Part shown: piece by piece, positions 27,193-38,501 of the stretch | Layout: the number at the start of each line of letters is the position of its first letter | Position numbering within the stretch: position 1 is the stretch's first letter | Assembly (NCBI RefSeq): GCF_006345805.1 | Contig: NC_043015.1 | Span: 35,030,001 to 35,094,000 of the forward strand | DNA length: 64,000 bases | Reading direction: 5' to 3' | From: Octopus sinensis | Lineage: Eukaryota | Translations under genes and position numbers: made by a program | Notes under the pieces: generated by a model | What the model saw: the letters and a program-made list of their open reading frames with translations, nothing else | What the model was told of the DNA's origin: nothing | Database searches by the model: none

Positions 27193-27574
27193 TAATAGGA
27201 TAAAAGTACAATTATAAGGTAAGTCTGAATTATTGATATTAGACAGCAGATTAAAGGCAGGTCATCACAGGTAGAAACCAAAACTACATGAGAAGGAAGA
27301 TATGCACATCTACCTTAACTTAATGAGCTAATATCAATAATATAGACTTAGCTTACAACTATGTTCCAGGAGAATACCAGCATATATTACAACCAGTATG
27401 AATATTCCTCAACCAATCTTTTATTAATCTCTTGTAATCTAAACTCCTATATAGGTATATAGGATGGTAAGCTGGCAGAATCGTTAGCATACTGGGCAAA
27501 ATGCTTAGTAGCATTTCGTTCATCTTCACATTCTGAGTTCAAATTCCAGCAAGGTTGACTTTGTCTTTCTTCCC

Positions 27575-28150
27575 ATCATACAATCTGCCCTTCACTCTTA
27601 GGGAAAAGATCTTTGTTTTCAACAGTGAGAGCAGCTCTCTGAACTTTCTCCACTCAGTTCATACTCTAGCTGCTACACTTTCAGAGCAACTATGAAAACA
27701 GAAATCTATCTTAAGCATTTACTTATCCATCTCACTTACTCTGAATGGGCAAATCTGTTTTAGAACATTCCTAGCTTCATTTCCTTAAATTTCCAGTCCC
27801 ACTGTAGCAGCACTCAGCATTTGAAATTCTGTCAGTTCAATAACAAGAAAAGGCCAGAGCATATCAAGTTTCCATATTTGGCAATGACTGTCCTTATTAG
27901 GTAATCTTGATCCATGTTTCAGCCAATCATTGTTCTGGCACAGTTGTGTAGTGTTGAGATTAATGGAAAATTCCATGTAGATTCACACCAAATCATGTCT
28001 ATAAATTATGATGTGCAGTAAATACATTGGAGAAGAGGCTTTCTTGGTTAGTCAGCAGCTATGCCACTCCAACCTCTTGCCAAGCATGAACACGTTCTCT
28101 CTTGTCATGCACACATTTTCAAACAATAGCTTCTGGTATTCAGCATAGCA
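27575..28150 (-). mobile_element. Highly decayed RTE RT fragment
   Basis: CSESVAARV*TEWRKFRELLSLL..FSLRVKGRLYD at the left end; weaker RT-like matches to the right. Confidence 0.5.
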
Positions 28151-28529
28151 GCTTAACAATTGTAACATCAATCTGTAAATGTTAATAAAACAAAAATATT
28201 GCGAATAGTTTTATTTGGGAGCAGCACACAGCCAGACCAAATAATCCAGCTTCTAGCCTGTCAACACTACACCACATCTGTGTGTTCCTCAACTGATGCA
28301 TCACTAAAACATGTAATTCGTAAAAAATTTTCATGAATGAAAAAAAGAAAAATCGTGGTGGAGAAAGGAATGAAAATTAAAATTTTGAAAAGTTAGGGCT
28401 TTTTGGCATGTAGTTAGGGGAGGGGAAAGAACCCCTAATTGTAAGCTCTTATTGAAAATGTACAAATGTTTGAAAAAATAAATTTATATGCACCAGTGCA
28501 ATGCAAAATGCACTCATGCTGGTGTAACA

Positions 28530-29130
28530 AAAAAGCACCTGTGTTGGTGCCATTTGTGTGTGTACGTGTATGTGGAGTGATGTGCAGTTCGTGTATGTGT
28601 GTGCATATGGACATGTGTATATGTGTGAGGCTATTGTGTGTGTGTATGCATATGCAAACGCTTGTGTATGTGTGTGCATGTGTATTGTGTTTGTGTGCAA
28701 AAGTTGTATGTATTTGTGTGTTGCATGTGTGCGTCTGTGTTCATGTGCATTGCATGTACTTTTTGATGAGAATATTGTGTTATGGGGGGAATGTATGGAG
28801 GTGTGAGGTGAGATGGGGTGGCAAGAGTCACGGATTGAGAGGTGTGACAGGGGTGATGAGAGTTAGGGGTTGGCAGGTTTTGGGTACTAGTGTGTGCATA
28901 ACGATGTATGGTGTGTGTACCGAGTTGAACAGTATGTAGGAGTGTTTGTATAGTGGTGTGTGTGTGCATAATGGTGTGTGATGTGAGTACTGAGTTGAAC
29001 AGTGTGTATGGGTGTTTGTATAGTGGTGTGGGTGGTGAGGGTACTGAATTGGGGGTGTACAGATGTAGTGGTGGAGGGGAGGGACAGCTGAAGGTGGGAG
29101 GTGTATGGGAATCTGTGTGGGGTTGGTGTT
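28530..29130 (+). repeat. Degenerate (TG)n / G-rich low-complexity tract
   Basis: TG-rich composition with an internal ~70-bp duplication (28912-29030). Confidence 0.8.
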
Positions 29131-29534
29131 AGATGAAGAAAGGTGGCAAATTTAAGGCCATAAGGAGTGAAGAAATAAAGGGAGATGATTAATTCCTGTT
29201 CATAATAAAATAACAGGCTTAAAATGAAAATAAGTACTGGGGTCCATTTGTTTGACTAAAAACCCTTCAAGGCAGTGGCCCCAGCACTGTCACAATCTAA
29301 TGAATGAAACAAGTAAAACATGCCATTTCAACCATGTATTTTGCATTATTTTATTAGACAGAGAATCTTATGGATCTTTTCTGTTGCTGCCACAGTTTTT
29401 GAAATTTTAAAATTACTCTTTTACTTGTTTCAGTCATTTGACTGAGGCCATGCTGGAGCACCACCTTTAAGTGAAAATTTTCAAATTTGGTATATTGCTG
29501 TAATTTTCCAACCTGAATTTAATTTTGTTATTCA

Positions 29535-30065
29535 CTTGTTCCAGAAAACCGTTGTGTGGAGTGATGAATCATAGTTCACAATGAAGCTATCTGATGGTAG
29601 GGTGTGGGTGTTGCGAATGCCTGGTGAACGATGAGCACCAGCCTGTATAGTGCTGACTGTGAAATTTGGCGGTGATGGGGTCATAATGTAGCTGTGAGTC
29701 TCCTTTACTCGGCACAAGTTTATGCTGACATTTTAAGTACTTTCATGCAGCCTACCATCAAAGACCAGTTCGAGGATGACCTTTGTGTCTTTCAACACAA
29801 CTGAGCACCCATCCATACTGCAGGGGTTGTAGGGGAGTGGTTTGATGACACCAACATCCTGCTAATGAACTGGCCTGTGCAGGGTCCCGATTTAAATTTC
29901 ATAGAATATTTCTGGAATGTTTTGGAATGCCAACTTCATGCTCAACCACACTGACCCACATTGATACCCTTGTTCATTCCAGCACTCTGCAAAGAGTGAG
30001 CTGCTTTTCCACAGGAAACCTTCCACCATCTGATTGAAAGTATGCCTGTGAGAGTGGAGGCTTCC
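29535..30065 (+). mobile_element. Tc1-family transposase fragment
   Basis: VVWSDES, VKFGGDGVIM and WPVQGPDLNFIEYFW motifs, with stops. Confidence 0.85.
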
Positions 30066-30286
30066 CTATATGCCTTAAAAGCATTATAACATAATCTGAT
30101 CGCTATTTCAGGAAGTTATTGCCATTCTCAAAAGACAAATGTGGCTGGAGTAAAATGAGTAACACAAGACAGGATTAAACTTTTCTGCTTCAATTCTTCA
30201 GAAAATAAACCCATACAGATCAATATCCAACCCTAGACACCAGAAAGATCAAAAATGCAAAAAAAAAAAAAAATATTAAATATCAG

Positions 30287-32296
30287 ATGCAAGCATGGCT
30301 GTGTGGTAAGAAGCCTGCTTCTGGTATAGCGTTTTGTTAAGTTCGACTGTGGTCTTTGTGAATAACACATGTGTCTTTTGGTTGTCTTGGCGGTGCAACG
30401 TTTTCCCTCTTGTTTAATGGAGGGGCGTCAGGTGACAAGCTGTGAAAGCCTGAATTGATCAGACTTCATAAACTGCCCTTCTTCGGACTTTGTGTCGTCT
30501 GAGGAAGAGATGGTGGAGCGTTTAAAAAGAATAGATGAGAAAATGGAAGCAAAAAGTTATGCTACAGTGGCGGAAGAAAAGAGTGAAGATGTGAGTCTAG
30601 AGGATTTGAGTCAATTTAAAACCATGATTAAAAGAGAGGGGGAACTAAGTGAAAGTGTTCCCCCTCCCCACAAAGAAGTTTTAAAGGAGAAAAGGGGAAA
30701 AAACTATGATCTACAGGACATACTCTGTAGCAGCAAAGAGAATTGAAGTTATATGTCAACAGTGCAAGTGGAAAAGGCACTTTGACCAATCTGGCAAGGG
30801 ATTTCCTACCTTGCCAGAGGAAAAAAGTTTGGAATGGTGTAAGTGCAGTTCTGGAAGTTGGCTACCACCAGGCTGCATTCAGCTACACCACTGAGAACGG
30901 ACAAAGTGGTACTTCTACCCGTATACCTTGGGAGGCATGCTTCCTAGGTTACAGTGGAGGAAATACTCCCAGAAGTAGATGTAGCCTGGCTGGTGGCTGC
31001 CATACTACTAGGCATGGAGGAGAGAGTGGTGGTCCTCCAGGCCACCAGAACACCCCAGAGGAACTGGCAAGGACAATGAAAAGATGGTTGAGACTATCAT
31101 GGTCGGAGAGGCAACAATAAAAGTCAGAGTAGAAGGGAGGATTCCATGGTGCTATAAATGTGGCCTAGAAGGTCACATTAGAGCAGATAGTCTTCCAACA
31201 CTAGAAAAGGCTAAGGAGAAACAAAAGAGTGAAAAAGTGGTTGGTACTCCACTGCCCGTAGATGTTCAGGAAAAGCAAAGTGATGTGGCACCACAAACAA
31301 AAACAAGTACCAGCATCGAGGAAGAGGAGGCGAACACCAGCTGGGAAATGGTGGAAAAAAGAGAAGGAAAAGGAGAAAGAGAAGACATGTGGTAACGGGT
31401 GACCCACACCCACTCTACCCCAACCCTCCCCATGCTCTGACATAGAAACAAGTGCAAACACACAGGAGTCTCAAACTTACCTGCTCTGTAAGGAAAAATA
31501 TATGTGATAATGTACAATGGATAAAATGAAGAACTTTACAATGAGGTAGACTCGTGGAACGGAGTGATTAAAGTGGATGTAACGGGAGTAAGAGGTCTGC
31601 TCGAGAACATTCACTGCACGTTGGCAGACCCAGAAGAGTACCTGTTCAGATTACATGATTATGTGGAAAATTTTGACCGTGAATGGTGGGTCAAGAAAAT
31701 AGACACCAGCACAATGCCTGAATGGGTAGGATATTTTGATATATTAAAAAAGTATAACATAGACATTCTGTGAAAAAATGGAGATTAACTGTTGCAAATT
31801 GGGGTGTAAATAATTGTAAATTAGCGTTCCCAAAAAAAAGTTGTATTAACAGGTTCAATGAAGTTGGTCGGAAGTGGGGCCAAACAGCTGCATTTCATTC
31901 TTCATTTTATCCAATTCATCTTTTCCATTCGTTTGGTTTTTGTTTTTTTTACCCCCTCACCTTGCACTGTCCCCTCTATGTACAGCTTTCATGGCCAATT
32001 TCATGAAATAAAGAAGCTTGCTTCCCAACCACATAGACCCAGGGTCAATCCCACAGATTGACACTTTGGGCGTCTTCTGCTACGGCCTCAAGCCGACCAA
32101 AGCCTTGAGTGGATTTAGTAGACGGAAACTGAAAGAAGCCTGTCGTATATCTATATATGTTTGTGTGATGTGTTTACATCCCTGTAACTTAGCAGTTCGA
32201 CAAAAGAAACCAATAGAATAAGTCCCAGGTTTAAAAATAAATCCTAGAGTCGATACATTTGACTAAAAATTCTTCAAGGTGCCCCAGCGAATACAG
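30287..32296 (+). mobile_element. tRNA-head SINE split by the 1.69-kb insertion (head 30287-30321, body 32011-32296)
   Basis: gcatggctgtgtggtaagaagc|...|cttcccaaccacat...gacggaaactgaaagaagcc reads as one contiguous SINE once the insert is removed. Confidence 0.85.
30322..32010 (+). mobile_element. ORF1-only (HAL1-like) non-autonomous retroelement, Tx1/L1-like ORF1 with zinc knuckle, pseudogenised
   Basis: 14-bp TSD AAGAAGC(C/T)TGCTTC at 30308-30321 and 32011-32024. Broken ORF from ~30510 with CYKCGLEGHIRAD knuckle. No RT or endonuclease motifs inside. Confidence 0.75.
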
Positions 32297-32448
32297 GTAA
32301 AAAAAGCCACAGGAAAAAATTCAATGGGGATTTTGTCCGGATCCCATTAAATTAACTGTGCCTTTATTACCGGCCAGCATAAATTAATTGTGACTTTATT
32401 ACCGGTAACCTCCCCAACATAGCTGCAGTCTAAAATATAAAAGATCTA

Positions 32449-32711
32449 CATTTTTTCATGCTCAGAGTTGCTGAAGCATGGAACAAACTGCCGGCATCAG
32501 TTGTTAGTTGTCGGAACACTGCATCCTTCAAAACTTCCATGCTTCCTGAGATTCGCCAACACTACACCTGATTTTCTCCCCTCCATACACACACAAGCAT
32601 GTATCTGACTCATGCATTGTTCGCTTTCCAGACATTTGTACATTACTGCATATTCTCTGACAAGTTGTGGTGCACCTGAGCACTGTATACAATAATTTCA
32701 TTATTATTATT
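32449..32711 (+). mobile_element. 5'-truncated copy of the same CR1 3' end
   Basis: Near-identical to ~995-1240, with (ATT)n tail. Confidence 0.9.
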
Positions 32712-33580
32712 TAAATGAAAGAGGGTCATGGAAAAATGGTAAATGATACGAAATTAACGAAAACGACTAAATAAAAGAAAAACTCAACATAAAACATTTT
32801 TTATGGCTTCTTCACGATCTGTCGGAGTGTTCTCTTATGATATATTTACACACTGTACAGTTAATGAGAAGAAATTATTGAAATTAGTTGTTACTCATTT
32901 TACCCCATTTTAGATATTTTTTGAAACTTGAAAATTATCAAATTAAACATTAGCGTGGGAAAAAAATGACTTGGAATCCAACAGAGAAAAGAATATTGAT
33001 TGTTAAACACCAAAAATTCTCCAGATGTTTTATTAGCAACCTTAGTTACAATCGGGTCAAAGTTGATGGAAAATTTCTTTAAAAAAAAAAAGTACCCGTC
33101 ACGCAGACCGAAAAGACAAAATAATGATGCAGTGCTTGCAATGTAATGTTTTCAAACAAGTAAAGAAAAATCCAAGTTCCTCATTTTGTCTCCCCGACTG
33201 GAAATAGGAAATCATTGTAAAAATTTGTTTTTAACAAAAATAAAATTGAACGAAACTGCAAAAAAGTGTCCGAAACCGCCCTGGCACCACTTGCTTAGTT
33301 TTCACTTTATATATGTAATGTTGAGAACAAATTAGATTATTTCTATTTTGATTAAGTTTTAGCAGCAAAACAAACGTTGCTAATGAATGAGAAATTTGCA
33401 GGAATCGAAACCTACGAAACTAGAATTTGTAAGAAAAGATTCACTCAATCAAAGATCAGTTAAAAAATGAACACCATAATAATAACAAGCAGAGAAAAGA
33501 TAATATTTTATAATGGACAAGGAGAAGTAAAAACCCCAAAAAATTATTTGGGGAAACCTGACGAAAAGTTTCCTACTTAC

Positions 33581-33594
33581 GTTTCGTGTCCCAT
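33581..33594 (-). CDS. WRAP53: WRAP53/TCAB1 coding exon 1 (MGHET, phase 2)
   Basis: Minus strand gaaaATGGGACACGAAAC|gtaagtagg: good Kozak context and strong donor. Phase 2 joins in frame to the exon at 23252 (AC|T GAT TTC). Confidence 0.65.
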
Positions 33595-33824
33595 TTTCCA
33601 GGTTTACACGCTCTTCATAAATACGAAAATAATATTAGTATTAAAACATTGGAAAAAATTAATGTATTTCTAGAAAAATAACTTAAACTAATCTAAATAA
33701 TATATTTACATATTATTTTCTTAGCAATTCATGGAAATATATTGAGTAATTTTGTACGCTACAATGATTGCTGTCGACTCCGCTTCAATTAGTCATCCGC
33801 CTCCATTTTGTCTTTCTCGTTAAG
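33595..33824. promoter_or_regulatory. Bidirectional promoter / 5' UTR region shared by WRAP53 and the SNIP1-like gene
   Basis: The divergent ATGs at 33594 (-) and 33825 (+) are 230 bp apart. YY1-like GCCTCCATTTTG at 33799-33810; locally CpG-containing and free of the repeats that fill the flanks. Confidence 0.65.
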
Positions 33825-33947
33825 ATGGACGGAGATATCGAAAGCTGCTCCAACTTCTCTCGGTATTCATCCAGCTCTGATGACATTCAAAAAGATTTCT
33901 ATCGCAGTAAGGATTTTTCCCGTCGAGATTATCACAGAGAACGAAAG
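33825..33947 (+). CDS. SNIP1: SNIP1-like exon 1 (MDGDIESCSNFSRYSSSSDDIQKDFYRSKDFSRRDYHRERK)
   Basis: aagATGG start, AAG|gtaaga donor (phase 0), RS/RD-rich N-terminus. Confidence 0.7.
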
Positions 33948-35479
33948 GTAAGATTATCCACAAGGCATTATTGGATTCAGGTTTCTATTTCCTCTATTGT
34001 TGAATTATGACTTTCGTCTTTCAAATCATTTCCAGAAAAATTTCTAGTTTCGTTTCATTTCTGATTTGACCCAAGTAAATGTTATTTCCGACTTTTTCTA
34101 AACTCATTTGGTAAGTTTGTAATTGGATTTGGATGTTTTTTTCCACCTAATTTCATCTTTCTGCCCCATTTCAAACCCTGTCCATTGGCAGTCGTCACCA
34201 CATTTCTCATCGAAGACAACATCTGCCTGTTTTCATTAAGCTCTACCTTTCCCTGATTTTGTTTCACAAGCATTTCCGCCATACAGTCATCTCAGGGTAC
34301 GTGATTTCAGCGCCTACTGGAATTGTAATATATGACCACTAATTTGGAAATATGCATTATTATTCCGTTAAGGAAACGATAAATTTTGAGAATTCAAAAA
34401 CTACACTGTGTTTTTATCTAAGAGGCCGCTTCTCGGCGTTTTAACCAAGATCAAATGGTCAAACTAAAATAGTGTAATAGGTGTAAAACGAATATGACCA
34501 AGAAAAAAAAAAAAAATGCGCACTCGCGAAAGGAGGGTGGGGGAGAGGACTCGGAAAATTCACATCGTGAATGTTCCGAAAGCGTCTGACCCTGGCACAC
34601 AAAAAAAAAAAAATAGTGGCTAAACCACAACATGGAAAGATCAGTGTGGTCCTTAGCCAAACAACCTCCCTTTTTGTTAGGGAGATTTTAAACACAAGGG
34701 TTACTGTTTGGGGAAGGTCTTATTTCTTTACTGTTATGGATATCGCATTTTTCTTCTTTTTTTTTCCTGCTAACTTGTATTATATAGTCTTTGACTGAAT
34801 TCAGCAGTGCCAAACCAAAAGTATAGAAACTGTTATTTCACTTCAATGGTGTTGGTTAATGTATTGATATTAATAACTTCACCACACACACATTCAACTC
34901 AATAATAATAACAACAGACACTAAAGATGGTGCTGTAGCCTTTTATTTGATACTATCTTTCTTGCTTATTGACAATCGTTTAGAACAAGTAGTTTTTACA
35001 CCAATTGCACTATTTAAAAAAATTTTTTTCCGGCCCGGGTCAAACACTATAGTCTAAAGGCCATGGACTGAATATGTGAATTTTCCGAGTCCTCTCCCCC
35101 ACCCCCTTTCACGAGCGCGCATTTTTTTTTGTCATATTCGTTTAGAGGAAGTTGTTTTACACCTATTACACTATTTTGTTTTGTTTGTTTTTATAACTGG
35201 GTCAAACGCTTTAGTTTGACCGATCAAATTTGTAGTTCACAGTTTGAAAAACTATAATCACGATACACACACATAATATGTTTGTGTGTTGTTGTTGGTA
35301 AGGCATGTATGCAAGTGTGTGTGTGTGTGCGCATCACTATAAACACTTAAGGAGTGTGAGGTGGAAGTTTTCTCTGAATATTTGTGTTTGTGTATATTTT
35401 CTTGGATCGCAATGAGTATCCACCTATCTATCTACATCTTGTGTGTGCTTAGATATTCTGAAAATAAGGTCGTAAGATC

Positions 35480-36480
35480 ATTTCAACCCAAGCTGAGAAC
35501 TGACAGAAAATAGAAAGTTCGGGAGGCAGTGAATGCAGCAAAAATTAATCTCAAGATAAGCGAAATAATGGGACACTCAGACCAATAGGCAGGGACTAGG
35601 CTCGAAGACAAAAGGGAAGTCAAAGGAGGGTTATTCAGTAAGTGATGGGAGAAGAGGCCACCAAGAGAATCCATAAGGTAGTCCAGCAAGGAGAGAGTGT
35701 GCCAAATAAGTCTTAACATGAATAAACAGTAGCTGTTCGAGTGAGCTTCATCCTCAGTTCTGTATTTGACCTCCTGCTTTCATACAAACCCATTGAGGTG
35801 AGGAAACCTAGATAACCCAACATGCCATTCTGCAAAGGTAAACTGTGCAGTTCATGTGAAGTCACATTAGTCCAAAGGTGGTACACATAAAAGACACAAT
35901 CAAGTACTTAAAAAGATCTTGTGTGTGATTTGTGCTGTGAGAGGAAAGACAATACTATCAGAAGCTCCACTAGTATTTACACTTCAGGGGATAAAAATGG
36001 TAGCCTAGAACAGCTGTATCAATTGAATCATGGAAGCAGGATCTATTATATGGATGGAAGGACTTGGGAGGGCATAGCAAATCTTCCAGAATGGAAAAAT
36101 CAATAAGAGTGATATGAGACTGGATATTGTACTCTATTCACTTTCATCAAATTGATGCTGATTTAATTCACTCTGCCATGTGAAAGAATGAAGGCAGTTC
36201 ACCTCTACAAGACTGAAAAATATGGGAGTTTTGTTATCAGCTTGAAAGAATCTAGCCTCAATGTCCTTGGCATAGGAGGGGTGGGAGCAAGAGAGTTTGG
36301 GGGCAAATTTGCCTATGATCTCATGAAACAGCTATCAATTTCTGGGAGAAAGAGTCCCAATTGGATTTGGTCAAGGAGGACTTGAAGTGAATTTCAAAAA
36401 GCCTTATTTACCCCACAGTCAACTGGCATCTCAGACTGAGCTGGTTACTTTGGCTCTGGACCTCCTTAACCACCCAGGAA
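35480..36480 (-). mobile_element. Possible very decayed Tx1/L1 ORF2 remnant
   Basis: Weak RT-like traces only (HTLSLLDYLMDSL ~ PLSPLLY..A.EPL; VPAYWSE ~ SAYADD). Confidence 0.3.
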
Positions 36481-36644
36481 AGTTGCAATTCAGACAGCAT
36501 AGAATGTAGGAGCAGAGAGGTATCCAGGAGTTATGACTTGGGTGGGGCATACAAAGGAGTTAGTAAGAACTGAAGCACATGCAAAACTGGGGGCTCCTGT
36601 GAAAACCTGCTGTTCAGTTCAACTTAAGATATTCCAGTGTGTAT

Positions 36645-38200
36645 CATCATCATTTAAAGTCTGTTGTCCATGCTGGCAGGGGTTGGAACAGTTTGACCAG
36701 AGCTGGAAAGCCGAAGAGCTGCATCAGGCTCCACTCTGATTTGGCATGGTTTCTACAGCTGGATGCCCTTCCTAACACCAACCACTTTACAGAGTGCACT
36801 GGGTGCTTTTACACGGCACAACAGAGGTGCTTTTATGTGTTACTGCATGGGTGCTTTTGCATGGCACCGCACATATGCTTTTATGTGACACCACACTGGT
36901 GCATCTTCATAGCACTAGCACAGGACTCTTGCAGGGGGACCAGCCTTGATACTTCTGCACTTGTCTTCTTGAGTATAGCAATGCACCAGGTATCTCAGTC
37001 CTTTGTCATTTCACCTGAAAGTTTCAGTGTTCTATGGTCATTCTTCAGTACTTTGTTCCATGTCTTCCAAGATCCCCCACTTCCATGTTCCCTCTACTTT
37101 GAGAGAGCAGCACTTCTTTATGGAGCTATCGGCATCCAATCTGCATCACATCAGCAAACCAGCACAGTCTTCTCTCTTGCTTCACAGCATCTAATTCCTC
37201 TTATGCCTAACCTCTCTCAATACACTAACACTCTGTTGAACATGTGCACTAACATTACACATCCAGTGGAGAACACAAGCCTCATTCCTTTCTAACCTTT
37301 GCATGTTCCTCTGCATTCAGAGCCCACATCACACTACCATGTAGAATTGCTGTCCATATACATGCATCATACAATCTTCTTTTCACTCAAAGAGTTTTTA
37401 TGGATCTTGTGCATCTTCCACATATGAACACTACTTTCTCAGATAATTTTCTTGTGTCCATAGGTTACACTGTGCACACCATTTGGAGTTCCTACCTACA
37501 CCTTTACTTCAGATTGAAAGGGCCACTTATCTGAAGTGGGTAGGGTCCTGTCTGTTTTCTTGCTTAGTATGCCCTTAGTCTTTGCTAAGTTAACATCAAG
37601 GCCCTTAGATTCCAGGTTTTGCATCTGCACCTGGAATTTCTCTTCTAGCTCTGATATAGAATCTGCTATGAGGGCAAGATCATCAGCATATAGTAGTTCC
37701 CAGGAGCTGCTAGTCTTGAATTCCTCTGTTATAGTCTGGAGGACAATGAACTAAGGACTGAACCTTGATGAACACCTACCTGTACACCAAATTCTTTGAT
37801 GTACTTGTGATTAACTCTCACCTTACTGACAGCATTTCTGTACATGGCCTGTATAGTTTTCACCAGCCATTCATTTATCCCTAACCTCCACAGAGCCCAC
37901 CAAATCACACAGCGGGGGACTTTCTCTAGATCAGCAAATGCCAAGTATAATGGTTTATTCTTAGCTAAGCACCTCTCGTGCAATTTGCCTGACTATGAAA
38001 ATAGTGCCAGTAGCGCTTCTTTCCCAGCCGAAGCCATACTGCATTTTGTTTAACCTAATTCTGCTCCTAATTAATTGGGCTATAACTCTCTCCATAATTT
38101 TCATCACCTGGTCCAGGAGTTTGATGCCTCTATCTAAAGCATCATCCTTAAACCGTGTAGCAGCAAACAATGATGCTGCTACTCCAGTCACTGAGTATTA
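36645..38200 (-). mobile_element. RTE LINE 3' half
   Basis: RGIKLLDQVMKIMERVIAQLIR, LYLAFADLEK, VGVHQGSVLS and LLYADD-like motifs; (GAT)n tail at ~36645. Confidence 0.88.
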
Positions 38201-38501
38201 AATCTTCCTGAATGATCTGATTATTTATACAGGTGACTAGCCTCTATCCTACTTTAACAGATATTTTGAGCATCTCAGCCATGATTCCAGATGGATTAGG
38301 GGTTTTCCTGATTTTCATATTTTTAATTGCCTTATCTACCATACTGCTGTCCACTAGGATAGCTATTCCCTCTGTTGGGCTTACATGCGAGTTCACATAT
38401 CGACAAAATGTCCTACCACAATGTTTACCAATCTAAACTTGAAATAAATTTGTCTTTCAAGAGAGAAATGAAATATTTGTTATCCATATCTGAAATACCT
38501 A

